Assembly: GCA_039589315.1 (NCBI GenBank)
Contig: JBDHHQ010000013.1
Location: 128,001-192,000, forward strand
Origin: Gemmatimonadota bacterium
GTDB lineage: Bacteria; Gemmatimonadota; Gemmatimonadetes; Longimicrobiales; Gaopeijiaceae
Direction of reading: 5' to 3'
DNA length: 64,000 nt
Position numbers and translations under genes: made by a program. Positions 27,941 to 38,455 of the stretch are shown in pieces; within the stretch, counting starts at the first letter, position 1, and each line of letters starts with the position of its first letter. The notes below the pieces were generated by a model. The model was not told the DNA's origin. It ran no database searches and worked only from the letters and a program-made list of their open reading frames with translations.

Positions 27941-30900
27941 ATGTGGAACATCCTCGGGGCACGGGGTCGCGCGCTCCTGTGCGTACCCGCCGTGATCGCC
28001 CTAGGCTCGTGTGACACCACCCAACCTGACGTCGGCACAGTGGCAGGGTCCGTCACCGTCGAGGGCTCGCCCCTGGTGGGAATCGAGATCCGGCTCGTCG
28101 GGGCCACCAGCGTGTCTCAGACCACTGATGAGGCGGGCGGCTATCGTTTCGAGGCGGCCAGCGGCAACTATGTGGTAGAGATGGCGACCCACCCGGCGGA
28201 CGCGTCCTTCGTCGAGACATCGCGCACGCTGACGATCTCCCGCGGGCAGGTGGAGACGCTCGTCTTCACTGGCTCCTGGATCCGGACGTCGGCCATCGGC
28301 GGGCACGTCTCCACGGATCTCGCCCCGCTGGAGGGCCTTTGGGTGATCGCGTCCGGGCCGAGCACCGCTGAGGCCCTGACGGACGGGGAGGGGCACTATT
28401 CGCTCACCGGACTGCGCGCGGGAGCCTACGAGGTCACCCTCGACGGCTATGACCCCGAGCGTTACGCGTTCCCGTCGGCGAGCGCCGAGGTCTCTCCGGG
28501 GATTGACGAGACGGTTTCGGTGGACTTCGTCGGGGTCGTCAGACCTCCCCTCGCTCCGGTCGGCGTGACCGCGGCGAGCGACGGTCCGTACGAAGTCGCC
28601 GTGAGCTGGCAGGACGTCAGCTCGTACGAGACCGAGTACAGAGTGGAGAGACGCCAGGGCGAAGCTGCCTGGGAGGTGCACCTGGTGGTGGGTGCCGACG
28701 CAGACGGGATGTCGGACGAAAACCTCATTCCGGGAACCTGGTATGCGTACCGAGTGCGGGCGTGCAACGAGGTCGGCTGTTCGGAGTCCGCCGAGGAGGC
28801 GCAGGCGCGCACGGACCAGATACCCCCCGCGCCACCGACGTCTCTGCGAGCCGCTTCGGTCGATGCCAACACGGTAGACCTCTCCTGGGGGGATCGGAGC
28901 TTCAACGAGGTCGGCTTCCACGTGTTCCGCCTGGACCCCGGCGAGACGACGTGGGCCGAGGTGGCGGTCACCCGGGCGGCGGCGACGGCCTACACCGACA
29001 CCGGCCTCACGCCGGACTCGGAGTACGGCTACCGTGTTCGATCCTGCAACGAGGTCGGTTGCTCGACGTTCACGAGCGACGCCGCTGCGGCCACTCCTCC
29101 TCTTCCCCCGGCGGCCCCCTCGGGACTCGCGGCTGTCGCGGTGGGATCGAGCCAGATCGACCTGGTATGGCACGACGGAAGTGAGAATGAAGACGGCTTT
29201 CGGCTCGACCGACGTCAGGATGGACAGTCCGCCTGGACCGACGCGGCCCAGGTCGGAGCCGATGTCACGGGCTACGTCGACCAGGGCCTGGTGCCCGGGA
29301 CCGCGTACAGCTACCGGCTCAGAGCCTGCAACCTCGGCGGCTGTTCGGCATACACCGCTGAAGCCGGCGCCGAAACCGACCAGATCCCACCCCCTGCGCC
29401 GGCCGACCTGGCCGCCACCGCCACGGGTGAGGACCGCATCGCCCTGACGTGGACCTTCCACGGACCCAACGCCGAGGACGTCCGTGTCGAGCGGCGTGTC
29501 GAGGCCGAGACGGACTGGGTCGAGGTGGCCGTGAAAAAACCGACGGCCACGAGCCACGTGGATCGGGGGCTCGAGGTGGGAACCACCTACGAGTATCGGC
29601 TGCGCGCCTGCAACGACGTCGGCTGCTCGGCGCATTCACCGGCCGCTTCCGCCACCACGCAGGCGCCTCCCGGGGACAACCTGTCCATCGCGGCGGTGCA
29701 CCTGACCCAGGCGGTTCAAACCCTCGACGGGTCCGTCCCGCTGATCGACGACCGGGACGGCCTCCTGCGGGTCTTCGTGACGGCGAGCGCCGCCAACACG
29801 CACCAGCCCGAGGTCCGCGTGCGCCTCTATCTGGGAGCCTCCCTCGTCGAGACGCACACCCTGCCGGCTCCGTCCACGTCGGTTCCCACCAGCGCCGACC
29901 CGGGGTCTCTGGACGCGTCGTGGAATCTGACCGTGCCCGGGTACCTGGTCGCTCCCGGCCTCGCCGTGCGGGTCGACGTGGACCCCGACGACCGGGTGCC
30001 GGAGACGAACGAGGCCGACAACGCCTATCCGTCCTCCGGCACGCGCTCGTTCGACGTGCGCGAGCCGCCTCCCTTCGGCATCGTCTTCGTGCCCGTGCGC
30101 CAGAGCGTCAACGGCCTGGAGGGCGAGCCCGGCGACGGCTCGGCTTTCCTCACGCTCGCCAGCAGGCTGTTTCCCGTCAGCGGCTACAACGTGCAGGTGC
30201 GGACCACGTACGTGACCGACGCCGCCGAGCTCCAGTCCGACGACGGCAACGACGCGTGGGCCGCCGTCCTCGGCGAGATGCTCGCGCTCCGGGCCGCCGA
30301 CGGCTCGAGCGCCCACTACTACGGGGTGGTGAAAGTGGGCTACTCCGGCGGGGTCGCCGGCATGGGCTACGTGGGGGCGCCGGCAGCGGTCGGGTGGGAC
30401 AAGCAAGGAAGCTCCGGGATCGCCGCCCACGAGCTGGGTCACAACCTCGGCCGTAGACACGCGCCGTGCGGCGGCGCAGGCAACCCAGATCCGTCCTATC
30501 CGTACTCCGGCGGCTCCATCGGCGCCGTCGGGTACGACCCCGGGTCGGGCGCGTTGCGGTCGCCAGCCACGTACAAGGACCTCATGGGGTACTGCAATCC
30601 CGATTGGATCAGCGACTACACGTACGCGGGAATCCTCGGGTTCCTGGAGCGGAGCGGCGCGCCCCCCGCATCGCCGATTCGCGAGGCTTCCGGCCCGGGC
30701 CTCCTGATCTGGGGACGCATCGGCGCATCCGGCGCCGTCCTGGAGCCCGCCTTCGAGGTCGAGGCGCCCCCTCTGCTCCCCACTCGATCCGGACCCTACC
30801 GGGTTCGAGGACTGGACGACCAGGGCCGGGAGCTCTTCTCGGTTCCGTTCCAGGGAGCGGAGCTACCCGCCGAGGCCGGCGGCGGACACCACTTCGCAAT

Positions 30901-31225
30901 GGTGTTGCCGCTCGACCGGTTCGACCGAGACGCACTGAGGACCGTTCAGCTGGATGGACGCTCCGTCCAGGTGGCCAGAACCGTGCCGACGGCCGGTGGG
31001 CCGGGGCTCGACCAGCTCTCCGCCGGGTCCACCGCTGCGGGCGAGACCACGCTCAGATGGAACGCAGAGCGGTTCCCCATGGCGCTGGTGCGGGACGCGA
31101 CTACGGGCCGGATCGTCTCATTCGCCCGAGGTGGCGAGGTGCGTCTGCCGGCCGTCGGCCCCGATCTGGAGGTATCCTTCTCGAACGGCGTACGGTCCCA
31201 CGCGCGCCGGCTGCGGGTCCGCTAG
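27941..31225 (+). CDS. Lipoprotein: two prealbumin/Cna-like domains, four FN3 domains, and a metzincin (M66-like) metallopeptidase
   Basis: Lipobox LGSC; four YxYR(V/L)R(A/S)CNxxGCS modules; AHELGHNLGRRH (HExxHxxGxxH); Met-turn DLMGYC. Confidence 0.85.
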   Translation: MWNILGARGRALLCVPAVIALGSCDTTQPDVGTVAGSVTVEGSPLVGIEIRLVGATSVSQTTDEAGGYRFEAASGNYVVEMATHPADASFVETSRTLTISRGQVETLVFTGSWIRTSAIGGHVSTDLAPLEGLWVIASGPSTAEALTDGEGHYSLTGLRAGAYEVTLDGYDPERYAFPSASAEVSPGIDETVSVDFVGVVRPPLAPVGVTAASDGPYEVAVSWQDVSSYETEYRVERRQGEAAWEVHLVVGADADGMSDENLIPGTWYAYRVRACNEVGCSESAEEAQARTDQIPPAPPTSLRAASVDANTVDLSWGDRSFNEVGFHVFRLDPGETTWAEVAVTRAAATAYTDTGLTPDSEYGYRVRSCNEVGCSTFTSDAAAATPPLPPAAPSGLAAVAVGSSQIDLVWHDGSENEDGFRLDRRQDGQSAWTDAAQVGADVTGYVDQGLVPGTAYSYRLRACNLGGCSAYTAEAGAETDQIPPPAPADLAATATGEDRIALTWTFHGPNAEDVRVERRVEAETDWVEVAVKKPTATSHVDRGLEVGTTYEYRLRACNDVGCSAHSPAASATTQAPPGDNLSIAAVHLTQAVQTLDGSVPLIDDRDGLLRVFVTASAANTHQPEVRVRLYLGASLVETHTLPAPSTSVPTSADPGSLDASWNLTVPGYLVAPGLAVRVDVDPDDRVPETNEADNAYPSSGTRSFDVREPPPFGIVFVPVRQSVNGLEGEPGDGSAFLTLASRLFPVSGYNVQVRTTYVTDAAELQSDDGNDAWAAVLGEMLALRAADGSSAHYYGVVKVGYSGGVAGMGYVGAPAAVGWDKQGSSGIAAHELGHNLGRRHAPCGGAGNPDPSYPYSGGSIGAVGYDPGSGALRSPATYKDLMGYCNPDWISDYTYAGILGFLERSGAPPASPIREASGPGLLIWGRIGASGAVLEPAFEVEAPPLLPTRSGPYRVRGLDDQGRELFSVPFQGAELPAEAGGGHHFAMVLPLDRFDRDALRTVQLDGRSVQVARTVPTAGGPGLDQLSAGSTAAGETTLRWNAERFPMALVRDATTGRIVSFARGGEVRLPAVGPDLEVSFSNGVRSHARRLRVR

Positions 31226-31282
31226 CCCGGGTCCGACATCGCCCGAGAGTGGCGCGGCACCACCGGGAAGACCCGGTGCCGG

Positions 31283-32815
31283 CTAACCCTGGGCGGTGGG
31301 ATCCGGACCCGGCCGGCCGAGCTCGGCCTCGACGGCTTCACGGATGGGATCCACCGACGTTCCGAATCCGTACACCCGGCCGACTTCCCGCAGCTCTCGA
31401 TCCAGGATCACCGTGTACGGCAGGCCCCGGTAGCCGTACCGCTCCTTCAGCTTTCCGCCACCGCGGGCGTTGGGATACCCCACGCCCCCGATCTCCCGCA
31501 GGAAGTCCCTGCCCTCGCCCGCTACGACGTCCTCGTTCAGGCCGATGACCGAGACCTCGGAAGGGTCCAGGCCGCGGGCCCACGCATCCAGCGCGGGCAT
31601 CTCCCGACGGCATGGCCCGCACCAGCTGGCCCAGAAGTTGATCACCACCACCTTGCCCCGGTGATCCGCCAGGCGCAGGACGCCTTCTCCGTCCAGGCTC
31701 GGCAGATCGAACGGCGCGAAGGCCACCCGGTCCGGCGCAGCCGTCCGGGACAGCACCTCACTGGGCTCCAGGCTGTAGACGTGGCCCGAAGGAGACGCGA
31801 AGATCGCCGCACCGGGCTCCACCGCACCCGTTCGCAACAGCTCCCCCGTGGGCTCGAACACCAGCAGCACGTCCGCCCGGCCCAGAGCGGGCTCCGAGGC
31901 TGCCAGCACGTAGATCAAACCATCCGGACCTACCACGACCCCGTACTGGACGATCTCGAACTCCGGCGTGACTTGCCCCTCCACTGCCTTCAGGCGCGGC
32001 ACGGCCGGTGGCGTCAGGGGAAGCCAGCTACTCCGCCATGTCGGGTCCCCGTCGGCGTCGAACCGGTGAAGCTCGGGCCGCAGTGCCGAGGCGTACAACA
32101 CGGTCCCGCCGTCCCCGATGGTGGCCCAACCGGCGTTGGCCAGGTGGCCCAGGAATGGCGTTGGTGGAGTCGCCACGCGCCCCACTGGTCTCGGCTGATC
32201 ACCGTCGTGTAGCCAGAGCAACGGATCTCGCTTTCGCACCGGGCCCATGTTGAACTCCAGCACGGTGCGGGTGGCGACGCCCAGGCCATGGGCCCCGGCG
32301 GTCACCGGGCCGGGGAGCCCCGATTCCGTCCAATGGTCCGGCAGGCCGTTCAGGAAGACGAGCGCGGAGCCGTCGGGCTCGACGGCCGACACGCTGCCAT
32401 CCGCCCCGACCACCACGAATGCGGGCCGTGCCAGGTGCCGACCGTCTTCCGGCGCTCCCTGGAGGATTCCGCTGACGTAGCCCCGGTCGTCCAGGAGCAG
32501 AACCCGGCCCCCCTGCGTGTCCGGCCAGGCGGAGCCGCCGTCCCTCAGACCGGCAGCCGCTCGACCGTCCATGAACAGCAGGCGCGCCGGGGTCTCCGGC
32601 GCCTGTCGGTAGATGCGCAGTCGCTCCGCTGCGGAGCGGTTGGTCACGACCGTCGTCCCGTCCCGCTGCCCGACCTCGGGCGGCGTGAACGCCTCGGCCG
32701 CGTCCGCCACGGGGCCCGGCCCGCCGTCGGAGCACGCCGCCAGGAGCAGCAGCGCGAGAAGGCCGGGGCCGAAGCCCCAGCCTTCCCGGTTCGGTCTGAG
32801 TGACCGGATCATCAT
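31283..32815 (-). CDS. Lipoprotein: N-terminal beta-propeller-like region fused to TlpA/ResA thioredoxin
   Basis: Lipobox [13 protein letters not shown] and SPSGHVYSL blade motifs; [30 protein letters not shown]. Confidence 0.82.
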   Translation of the reverse strand: MMIRSLRPNREGWGFGPGLLALLLLAACSDGGPGPVADAAEAFTPPEVGQRDGTTVVTNRSAAERLRIYRQAPETPARLLFMDGRAAAGLRDGGSAWPDTQGGRVLLLDDRGYVSGILQGAPEDGRHLARPAFVVVGADGSVSAVEPDGSALVFLNGLPDHWTESGLPGPVTAGAHGLGVATRTVLEFNMGPVRKRDPLLWLHDGDQPRPVGRVATPPTPFLGHLANAGWATIGDGGTVLYASALRPELHRFDADGDPTWRSSWLPLTPPAVPRLKAVEGQVTPEFEIVQYGVVVGPDGLIYVLAASEPALGRADVLLVFEPTGELLRTGAVEPGAAIFASPSGHVYSLEPSEVLSRTAAPDRVAFAPFDLPSLDGEGVLRLADHRGKVVVINFWASWCGPCRREMPALDAWARGLDPSEVSVIGLNEDVVAGEGRDFLREIGGVGYPNARGGGKLKERYGYRGLPYTVILDRELREVGRVYGFGTSVDPIREAVEAELGRPGPDPTAQG

Positions 32816-32822
32816 CTTCCGC

Positions 32823-33209
32823 CTACATTTCCACGCTCTCGATGATAATCGTGTGCATGCCGCCACGCTCGATGGCCTTGCCCTTGACGGTCACCGCGTG
32901 CTCGGCGTGGGGCCTGAGCCGCTCGTTGTCGCCGGCGCCGGGCATGGCCTGGCTGACAGGCAGGTACAGGGTGCCGTCCTCGGCCATCAGGCCGAGCGGC
33001 ACACCGCGATCGGCGCACACCTGGGCGCACTCGCGGTGCATGTCCCCCTCCAGGCCGTACACGACCTTGCAGGACAAGTCCACGACGTGGGCCGTGAACT
33101 CCACGTCCTCGCCCTCTGCCATCTCGGGCATCATGTCCTGGGCTGAGGCGGGAACGGCGCTCAGGGCCACGAAGGCCAGCGCCAGGAAGCTCAGTGAGAG
33201 TTTCCGCAT
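32823..33209 (-). CDS. Small exported protein with DxxC..HxxCAxxC motif (putative OB-like metal-binding protein)
   Basis: GGAGGTGA RBS; signal peptide ..[43 protein letters not shown]. Confidence 0.75.
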   Translation of the reverse strand: MRKLSLSFLALAFVALSAVPASAQDMMPEMAEGEDVEFTAHVVDLSCKVVYGLEGDMHRECAQVCADRGVPLGLMAEDGTLYLPVSQAMPGAGDNERLRPHAEHAVTVKGKAIERGGMHTIIIESVEM

Positions 33210-33330
33210 TGGATCACCTCCAACGACTCGTGATGAAGTCCGGCGCCGAGCCTCGTGCCCGGGCGCCAAAGTCAGGTCACCGGCGCGTTGCGCCACTTCG
33301 TGCGCGGTCCCGCTGCCTGATTGCGACCTG

Positions 33331-33996
33331 CTACCGCGGGCCATGGCCCCCATGAGAACCGGGATCGACCAACCCGTCGGAGGCGGTCGTTCCGGAGTGA
33401 TCTCCGGGTGACGCATGGTGCCGGTGCTCGTCCTCGCTACCGGCATCCGACGGCTCGTCCCCCCCGGGGTTCCGGTGATCGTGCTGGGGGCCCGCTTCAG
33501 TGGATGGAGCTCCACCGTGGTGCTCATGGCCCGTGGATCCCTCCGGTGCCGCTACGTCCAACTCGAACACGGCCGCGTCCGCACCGTAGTCGAGGTTCAC
33601 GTAAAGCTCCCAGAGGCCCTCCATGGGGATGTCCACCACTGCCCGGTAGTGGGCTACGCTCGACGCCTCGGTCTCGTAGCGCACGATGCCATGCATGGGC
33701 ATCTCGGGTGAGACCAGGTCCAGCGACAGTGGCAAAACGTCTGGGGGGGCTTCGCCGAGGGCGATCTCGAGCCGGACCGGACCGGGCCGGAGGGGAAGAG
33801 GATCCGCGGAGACGCTGACCTCGACGCCCGAGGTGGACGCCGCCGTCCACGCGTCCCCGCTTGCCAAGTCGGGGGCCGGGGCCTGGTCTCCCTCGGACAG
33901 AACCTCGTCCGCTACCCCCGATGTACATGCCACGCCCACGAGGACCAGCACGGCCCCGGTCATCAGCTTCGAGTTCGTTCGCCCGGTCTTGTTCAT
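33331..33996 (-). CDS. YtkA/FixH-like lipoprotein with His-rich C-terminal tail
   Basis: Lipobox GVAC; LDLVSPEMPMHG and YRAVVDIPMEGLWEL resemble the YtkA-like Ig fold; tail GHEHH/QHDH/EHRHH/SHGGH. Confidence 0.7.
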   Translation of the reverse strand: MNKTGRTNSKLMTGAVLVLVGVACTSGVADEVLSEGDQAPAPDLASGDAWTAASTSGVEVSVSADPLPLRPGPVRLEIALGEAPPDVLPLSLDLVSPEMPMHGIVRYETEASSVAHYRAVVDIPMEGLWELYVNLDYGADAAVFELDVAAPEGSTGHEHHGGAPSTEAGPQHDHRNPGGDEPSDAGSEDEHRHHASPGDHSGTTASDGLVDPGSHGGHGPR

Positions 33997-34254
33997 GCCC
34001 CCCTAATGCCGGCACCCCGAGGGGGGTTCCCACCAAAGGCGGCCAGACCTGTGATGACGGGTTCAGGCAGGTCCCGGGGCTGGTTTTGACGGCGGGCCCA
34101 GGCAGATCTTCAGGGCGAGCAGGAGAGACCAAGTCGGCCGGCGGGAGAGTCCAGGATGGCGGGGAAGAGATCCCGGGGGCCCGGGGGATCTCGGGCGGGT
34201 CGGCGCAAGGACGTCCCGACAGCGAGCCTGGGGACCGCCGGGCCAGCGCTCGGC

Positions 34255-35304
34255 TCAGCGGTCGTGGGAGTCGTCCGCATACACCCTGTCGGGGTCGAGC
34301 ACGACCCGATAGCGAACGAGTGCGCCCACGGGAGGTGCTGGGTGGGGCGCGCGAACCTCCAGCGTGCCCGCCGGCGTGCCGATGGCCGCGACGGCGCCGG
34401 CCGACCCGTGGGTCACGGCGGTCACCACGCCGGAGTAGGGGCCCTCATCGACCGCGATCACGCCCGACAGGCCCAGCACGGCCACCGCGCCACCGGCGCG
34501 CACCCGGACGGGTAACGGAAGGCGCCCGAGAGCGCAGTTGAACGAGCCGGCCTCCACGTGACCCGTCACCTCGTTCCCGAGACCCAGAAAGCGGGCGACC
34601 CGAAGAGACCCCGGCCGACTGAAGAGCTCGTCGGGACCTGCGACCTGCACGAAGCGGCCGTCGATCAACACGGCGATGCGGTCCCCGAGCCGGCCGGCCT
34701 CCTCCAGGTCGTGCGTGACCAGGACGATGGCCGGCCGGTACGCCTGCCGCGTCGCCCTGATGCTCTCGCGGACCTCGCCGCGGAGCGACGGATCGAGCGA
34801 GGAGAGCGGCTCGTCGAGAAGGAGCAGCGCGGGTCGGGCCACGACCGCCCGGGCCAGGGCGACGCGGTGGAGCTGGCCCCCGCTGAGGGTGCCGGGCCTC
34901 CGGCCCTCCATGCCGGACAGTCGCACGGCCGCCAACGCCTGCAGCACCCGCGGCAAACGGTCGTGGTGCGGGACGCCCCGCACCCGAAGCGGGAAGGCCA
35001 CGTTCTCTCCGACGGTCATGTGGGGGAACAGCACGGGAGACTGGTGGAGGTAGACGGCATTCCTTCGCTCGGTGGGCTCGCCCGTCACGTCGCGCCCGTC
35101 GATCTCCACCGTTCCCGCCTGGACTGGGGCCAGGCCGGCCAAGGCCCGAAGCAGCGTGGACTTGCCCGCCCCGGAGGTTCCCACGACCACCAGGAGCTCC
35201 TCCGCGACCACGTTGAACGAGATGTCCTGCAAGCCGGCCTCGGCGCCGAAGTCCGCTCGGAGTCGGTCCACCGTCAGGACCGCGGCCGCCTCTCCCGGGC
35301 TCAC
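34255..35304 (-). CDS. ABC transporter ATP-binding protein (YnjD/PotA-like)
   Basis: GTSGAGKST; LSGGQ; LLLDEPLSSLD; VTHD; GTG overlaps the permease stop. Confidence 0.93.
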   Translation of the reverse strand: MSPGEAAAVLTVDRLRADFGAEAGLQDISFNVVAEELLVVVGTSGAGKSTLLRALAGLAPVQAGTVEIDGRDVTGEPTERRNAVYLHQSPVLFPHMTVGENVAFPLRVRGVPHHDRLPRVLQALAAVRLSGMEGRRPGTLSGGQLHRVALARAVVARPALLLLDEPLSSLDPSLRGEVRESIRATRQAYRPAIVLVTHDLEEAGRLGDRIAVLIDGRFVQVAGPDELFSRPGSLRVARFLGLGNEVTGHVEAGSFNCALGRLPLPVRVRAGGAVAVLGLSGVIAVDEGPYSGVVTAVTHGSAGAVAAIGTPAGTLEVRAPHPAPPVGALVRYRVVLDPDRVYADDSHDR

Positions 35305-36158
35305 AGCGCCAGGGCCTGGGTCCGCCGAATGGCCAGGCCCACGAGACCCAGAGCCAGGATTCCAGGGAGGGTGAGAAGGACGGCCCCGGTGGCCGCCAGT
35401 GCGTCCTGTCCGGCGCTCATGTAGGAGAAGACCTCCAGCGGTAATGTCGGAACGGCGCCCTGACCGACCAGCACCGTCAGCGGGACCTGGGCCCAGGAGA
35501 CCAGGAAGCCCAGCAGGAACGCCTCCATCAGGGGCCGACGCAGGAGGGGTAGCGTGATCCGCGCGAGGACCTGGACCCGTGTCGCGCCCAGCGTCCGGGC
35601 GCATTCTTCCACGCTGTCGTCGAACGCGGTGAAGATCCCCAGGAAGAAGAGGGCCGTGTAGCCCGTGGCGGGGATCAGGTGCGCCAGCAGCACCCCCACG
35701 AGGGTGCCGCCCAGTCCGAAGGCCAGAAAGGAGAACTGGAGACCCACCGCGAGGGCCACGGGCGGTGCCGCCACCGGGAGAAAAGCCGCCCCTGCTCCGA
35801 GGGCCCGGCGCCAACCCCGGAGTCGGGCCAGGGCGCGGCCGACGGGCATGCCTAGCGCGGCGGAACCCACACCCGTGGAGACGGCCAGGACGACGCTCGT
35901 CGCGCTGGCTCTCGCGAGTCGGCCCGCGGCACGGAACACCTCGCGCCACGCCTCCATCGTGAGCTCCGTCGGGAGCAGATCCGGATAGAACCACCCGCGA
36001 CTCACCGACCCCATGGCCAGCAGCGCCAGGGGCCCGACCGCCGACAGGGTCAGGCCCACGATCAGGATACCGCGCATCGCCGCCAGGAGCGGATTCGCCA
36101 GCACCAGCGGTTGCGAGGGGCCCGAGGTCGCCCGTCCCGGGCTGGCCGCGGCCCTCAC
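35301..36158 (-). CDS. ABC transporter permease (YnjC C-terminal-half-like)
   Basis: WFYPDLLP; EECARTLGA EAA loop; multiple TM helices. Confidence 0.9.
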   Translation of the reverse strand: MRAAASPGRATSGPSQPLVLANPLLAAMRGILIVGLTLSAVGPLALLAMGSVSRGWFYPDLLPTELTMEAWREVFRAAGRLARASATSVVLAVSTGVGSAALGMPVGRALARLRGWRRALGAGAAFLPVAAPPVALAVGLQFSFLAFGLGGTLVGVLLAHLIPATGYTALFFLGIFTAFDDSVEECARTLGATRVQVLARITLPLLRRPLMEAFLLGFLVSWAQVPLTVLVGQGAVPTLPLEVFSYMSAGQDALAATGAVLLTLPGILALGLVGLAIRRTQALAL

Positions 36159-37045
36159 GAGTGCCCCTCGGGCCCGCGAGCCCGCACCGCCTCGTGAGCC
36201 ACCACGGCCAGGGCCGCCAACCCCACGCCCAGGAGCACGAGTACGTAGGCGTCGCCCCGCTGCGCCAGGGCGCTGGCCGTGTACCGCTCCATCGTGAGCA
36301 ACGGCAGCGCCAGGGGGTCGGACGGCGCCATGAGCGCCGTCGCCTCATACGTTCCGGCGACGAACGCGAACACGGCGACGACACCGGGGAGCATTCCCCT
36401 CAGGAGCAGGGGCAAGGTGACCCACCGCAGCACGTCCAGGCGTCGGGCGCCGAGGCTCCGGGCGGCCTCCTCGAGGGCCGGGCCCCGGGCGGCGAGGACG
36501 GAGAAGGCCACCAACCCCAGAAACGGGAGCTCCTTCCACGTGAGTGTCAGGATCAGTCCCCAGCCGGCCGTATCGTACACGAGCGCTGGCATGTCTCCCG
36601 GCGAAGCGATCCAGCCCAGAGCGTGGGCGCCCCGGGCGAGGAGGCCGCTCTGGCCCAGAACCAGCACGCCGCCCACGGCAGCCGCGATATGGGGGATGGG
36701 CAGCGGCAGGATGGTCAGCGCCCGGGCCCAACGGTCGCCGCGCCCCCAGCCCCGGAACGAGACCGCCACGACCACGGCCCCGGTGGTCGCGAGGAAGGTC
36801 GACGCCGCCGCGACCCAGAGCGACCATCCAGCCCCCGCCCAAACCGCGCCCTCCGAGAGCACCCTCCAGACCCGTGACGCTCCGGCGGACCCGGCACCGG
36901 GCCCTACGAACCCGACGGCGCCGGCGGCGGCGTAGGCCACGCCGACCAGGACCGGGGCGGCGACTGCCAGGGCCGCCAGCAGGCCCCACGTGGCTTCGCG
37001 CCCGGCAGGCACTCCGCGGCGGCGTCCCTCGGGCGACTCGCTCAT
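36155..37045 (-). CDS. ABC transporter permease (YnjC N-terminal-half-like)
   Basis: LPIPHIAAAVG; QSGLLAR; WKELPF; EEAARSLGA EAA loop. Confidence 0.9.
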   Translation of the reverse strand: MSESPEGRRRGVPAGREATWGLLAALAVAAPVLVGVAYAAAGAVGFVGPGAGSAGASRVWRVLSEGAVWAGAGWSLWVAAASTFLATTGAVVVAVSFRGWGRGDRWARALTILPLPIPHIAAAVGGVLVLGQSGLLARGAHALGWIASPGDMPALVYDTAGWGLILTLTWKELPFLGLVAFSVLAARGPALEEAARSLGARRLDVLRWVTLPLLLRGMLPGVVAVFAFVAGTYEATALMAPSDPLALPLLTMERYTASALAQRGDAYVLVLLGVGLAALAVVAHEAVRARGPEGHS

Positions 37046-38289
37046 CTACCCACGGGCCGGATCCGCCGCCGCCAGTCCTCCGCGAGCCGTTCATGGTATT
37101 CGGGCGCGACCTCGGGGAGGGCGTAGCGCTGGAGCGAGTCCGCGGGGAGCGCCCTGGGGTCCTGCTCGAGAGCCTGGAAGCGGCGGCGCCATGGCTCGGG
37201 GAGGCGGGCCGGGTCCAACACCGTTCCGTCGCCCCAGACCCCCGGCTCGGCCTTCTCGAGCTGCGCCTCGGGCGACAAGAGGAAGTCGGCCACCACCATG
37301 GCGCCCTGGGGATTGGGGGCGTTGAAGGGAATCCCCAAGTAGTGGGCATTGGCGATCGTACCCTCCCTGAGCAGCAGTGGGCGCGCCGTCTCCGGAAACA
37401 GCCCTTGCCGGACCTTCGTGGTCACCTCGTTGTGGTTGTTGGACATCGTGAAATCCACCTCGCCGTTCGCGAACAGGCGGTGCAGCTCGGCCACGCCACC
37501 CGGGTAGGCCCTTCCCCCGCGCCAGAAGCTGTCCCGGCGGGCCTCGAGCCACTCCAGGGTACGGTCCCGTCCCCGCAGGTACGCCACGTCGTCGAAGCCG
37601 CCCTCGAACGCCTCGACACCCCCGGACAGCGCGTACATGAGGATCTTGAGAAACGTGACGCCGGTGAACGACTGGTCGTGGCTGAAGCGCCCCGGGTGCT
37701 CGTCGATCCACTGCGCCAGCTCCGCCACCGTGCCAGGAGGATCCGGCGTGCGCGCCTCGTCGTAGATCAGCGCGAACTGGACGCGTCCCCACGGTGACTC
37801 GAATCCCTCGGGATCCTGCTCGAAGTCGCGCATGACGATGGCGGAGGCGCTGTCCACATAGGCCGCCGCCGGAATCCTCTCAGCCCACGGACCCCACAGC
37901 AGCCCCTCCTGACGGAGATTGTGGAAGGTCTCTCCGTTGATCCACACCAGATCGGCCCGGCCACGCGCCCCCGCCTCCCGCTCGACCACCAGTTGATTCA
38001 CCACCTCGGGGCCCCGCCCGTCCACGACCCTCAGTCTCAGGTCGTAACGCTCCTCGAGCCTCGGCGCCACCCAGTTCTCCACGTAGGTGTTGATGGCGGG
38101 GTCGCCCCGCCACATCCGCCATGTCACCTCGCTTCCGCGGGCAGCGGCGACGATCTCGGGCCAGGGCAGCGACGCCACCTCTCCGGGGGCGGGCGGAGTG
38201 TCGTCGCGGCAAGCCGTGAGGGTCGTCAGCGCCGCGATCAGCAGAAGCACCCGAGCGCAGATCCCGTTGGCGCCGTCAGGCTGTCGCAT
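37042..38289 (-). CDS. ynjB: ABC transporter substrate-binding lipoprotein, YnjB family
   Basis: Lipobox LTAC; WRGDPAINTY, DLVWINGETF, ESPWGRVQF, FTGVTFLK, GTIANAHYLGIPFNA, VVADFLLSPEAQLEKAEPGVWGDGTVLD match motifs I recall from YnjB. Confidence 0.82.
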   Translation of the reverse strand: MRQPDGANGICARVLLLIAALTTLTACRDDTPPAPGEVASLPWPEIVAAARGSEVTWRMWRGDPAINTYVENWVAPRLEERYDLRLRVVDGRGPEVVNQLVVEREAGARGRADLVWINGETFHNLRQEGLLWGPWAERIPAAAYVDSASAIVMRDFEQDPEGFESPWGRVQFALIYDEARTPDPPGTVAELAQWIDEHPGRFSHDQSFTGVTFLKILMYALSGGVEAFEGGFDDVAYLRGRDRTLEWLEARRDSFWRGGRAYPGGVAELHRLFANGEVDFTMSNNHNEVTTKVRQGLFPETARPLLLREGTIANAHYLGIPFNAPNPQGAMVVADFLLSPEAQLEKAEPGVWGDGTVLDPARLPEPWRRRFQALEQDPRALPADSLQRYALPEVAPEYHERLAEDWRRRIRPVGR

Positions 38290-38455
38290 GGCCCGTCGAT
38301 TGGGGTGGCCGGCCCGGCCCGAGGCGGAGAAGGCAGGAAGGTCCCTCCATCGCCCGAGGCCGGGGGGGGCAGGGCCGGCCCACGCTACTGCCGCGAGGGT
38401 GCGGTGGGCGGATCCACTGGTCCCCTCGAGCCTGGTCATCGCCCGCGGGGGGCGT

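Noticed and set aside
34014..34073. ACCCC-N4-GGGGT (CsoR-like) and GACCTG-N16-CAGGTC palindromes upstream of the YtkA-like gene
   Set aside because: Short and GC-rich, so expected by chance; they lack the flanking TA of CsoR boxes, and no regulator gene is nearby.
35305..36384. N-terminal extension of the 709-aa ABC ATPase ORF
   Set aside because: Off-frame overlap with the permeases; the GTG at 35304 overlapping the permease stop is the natural start.
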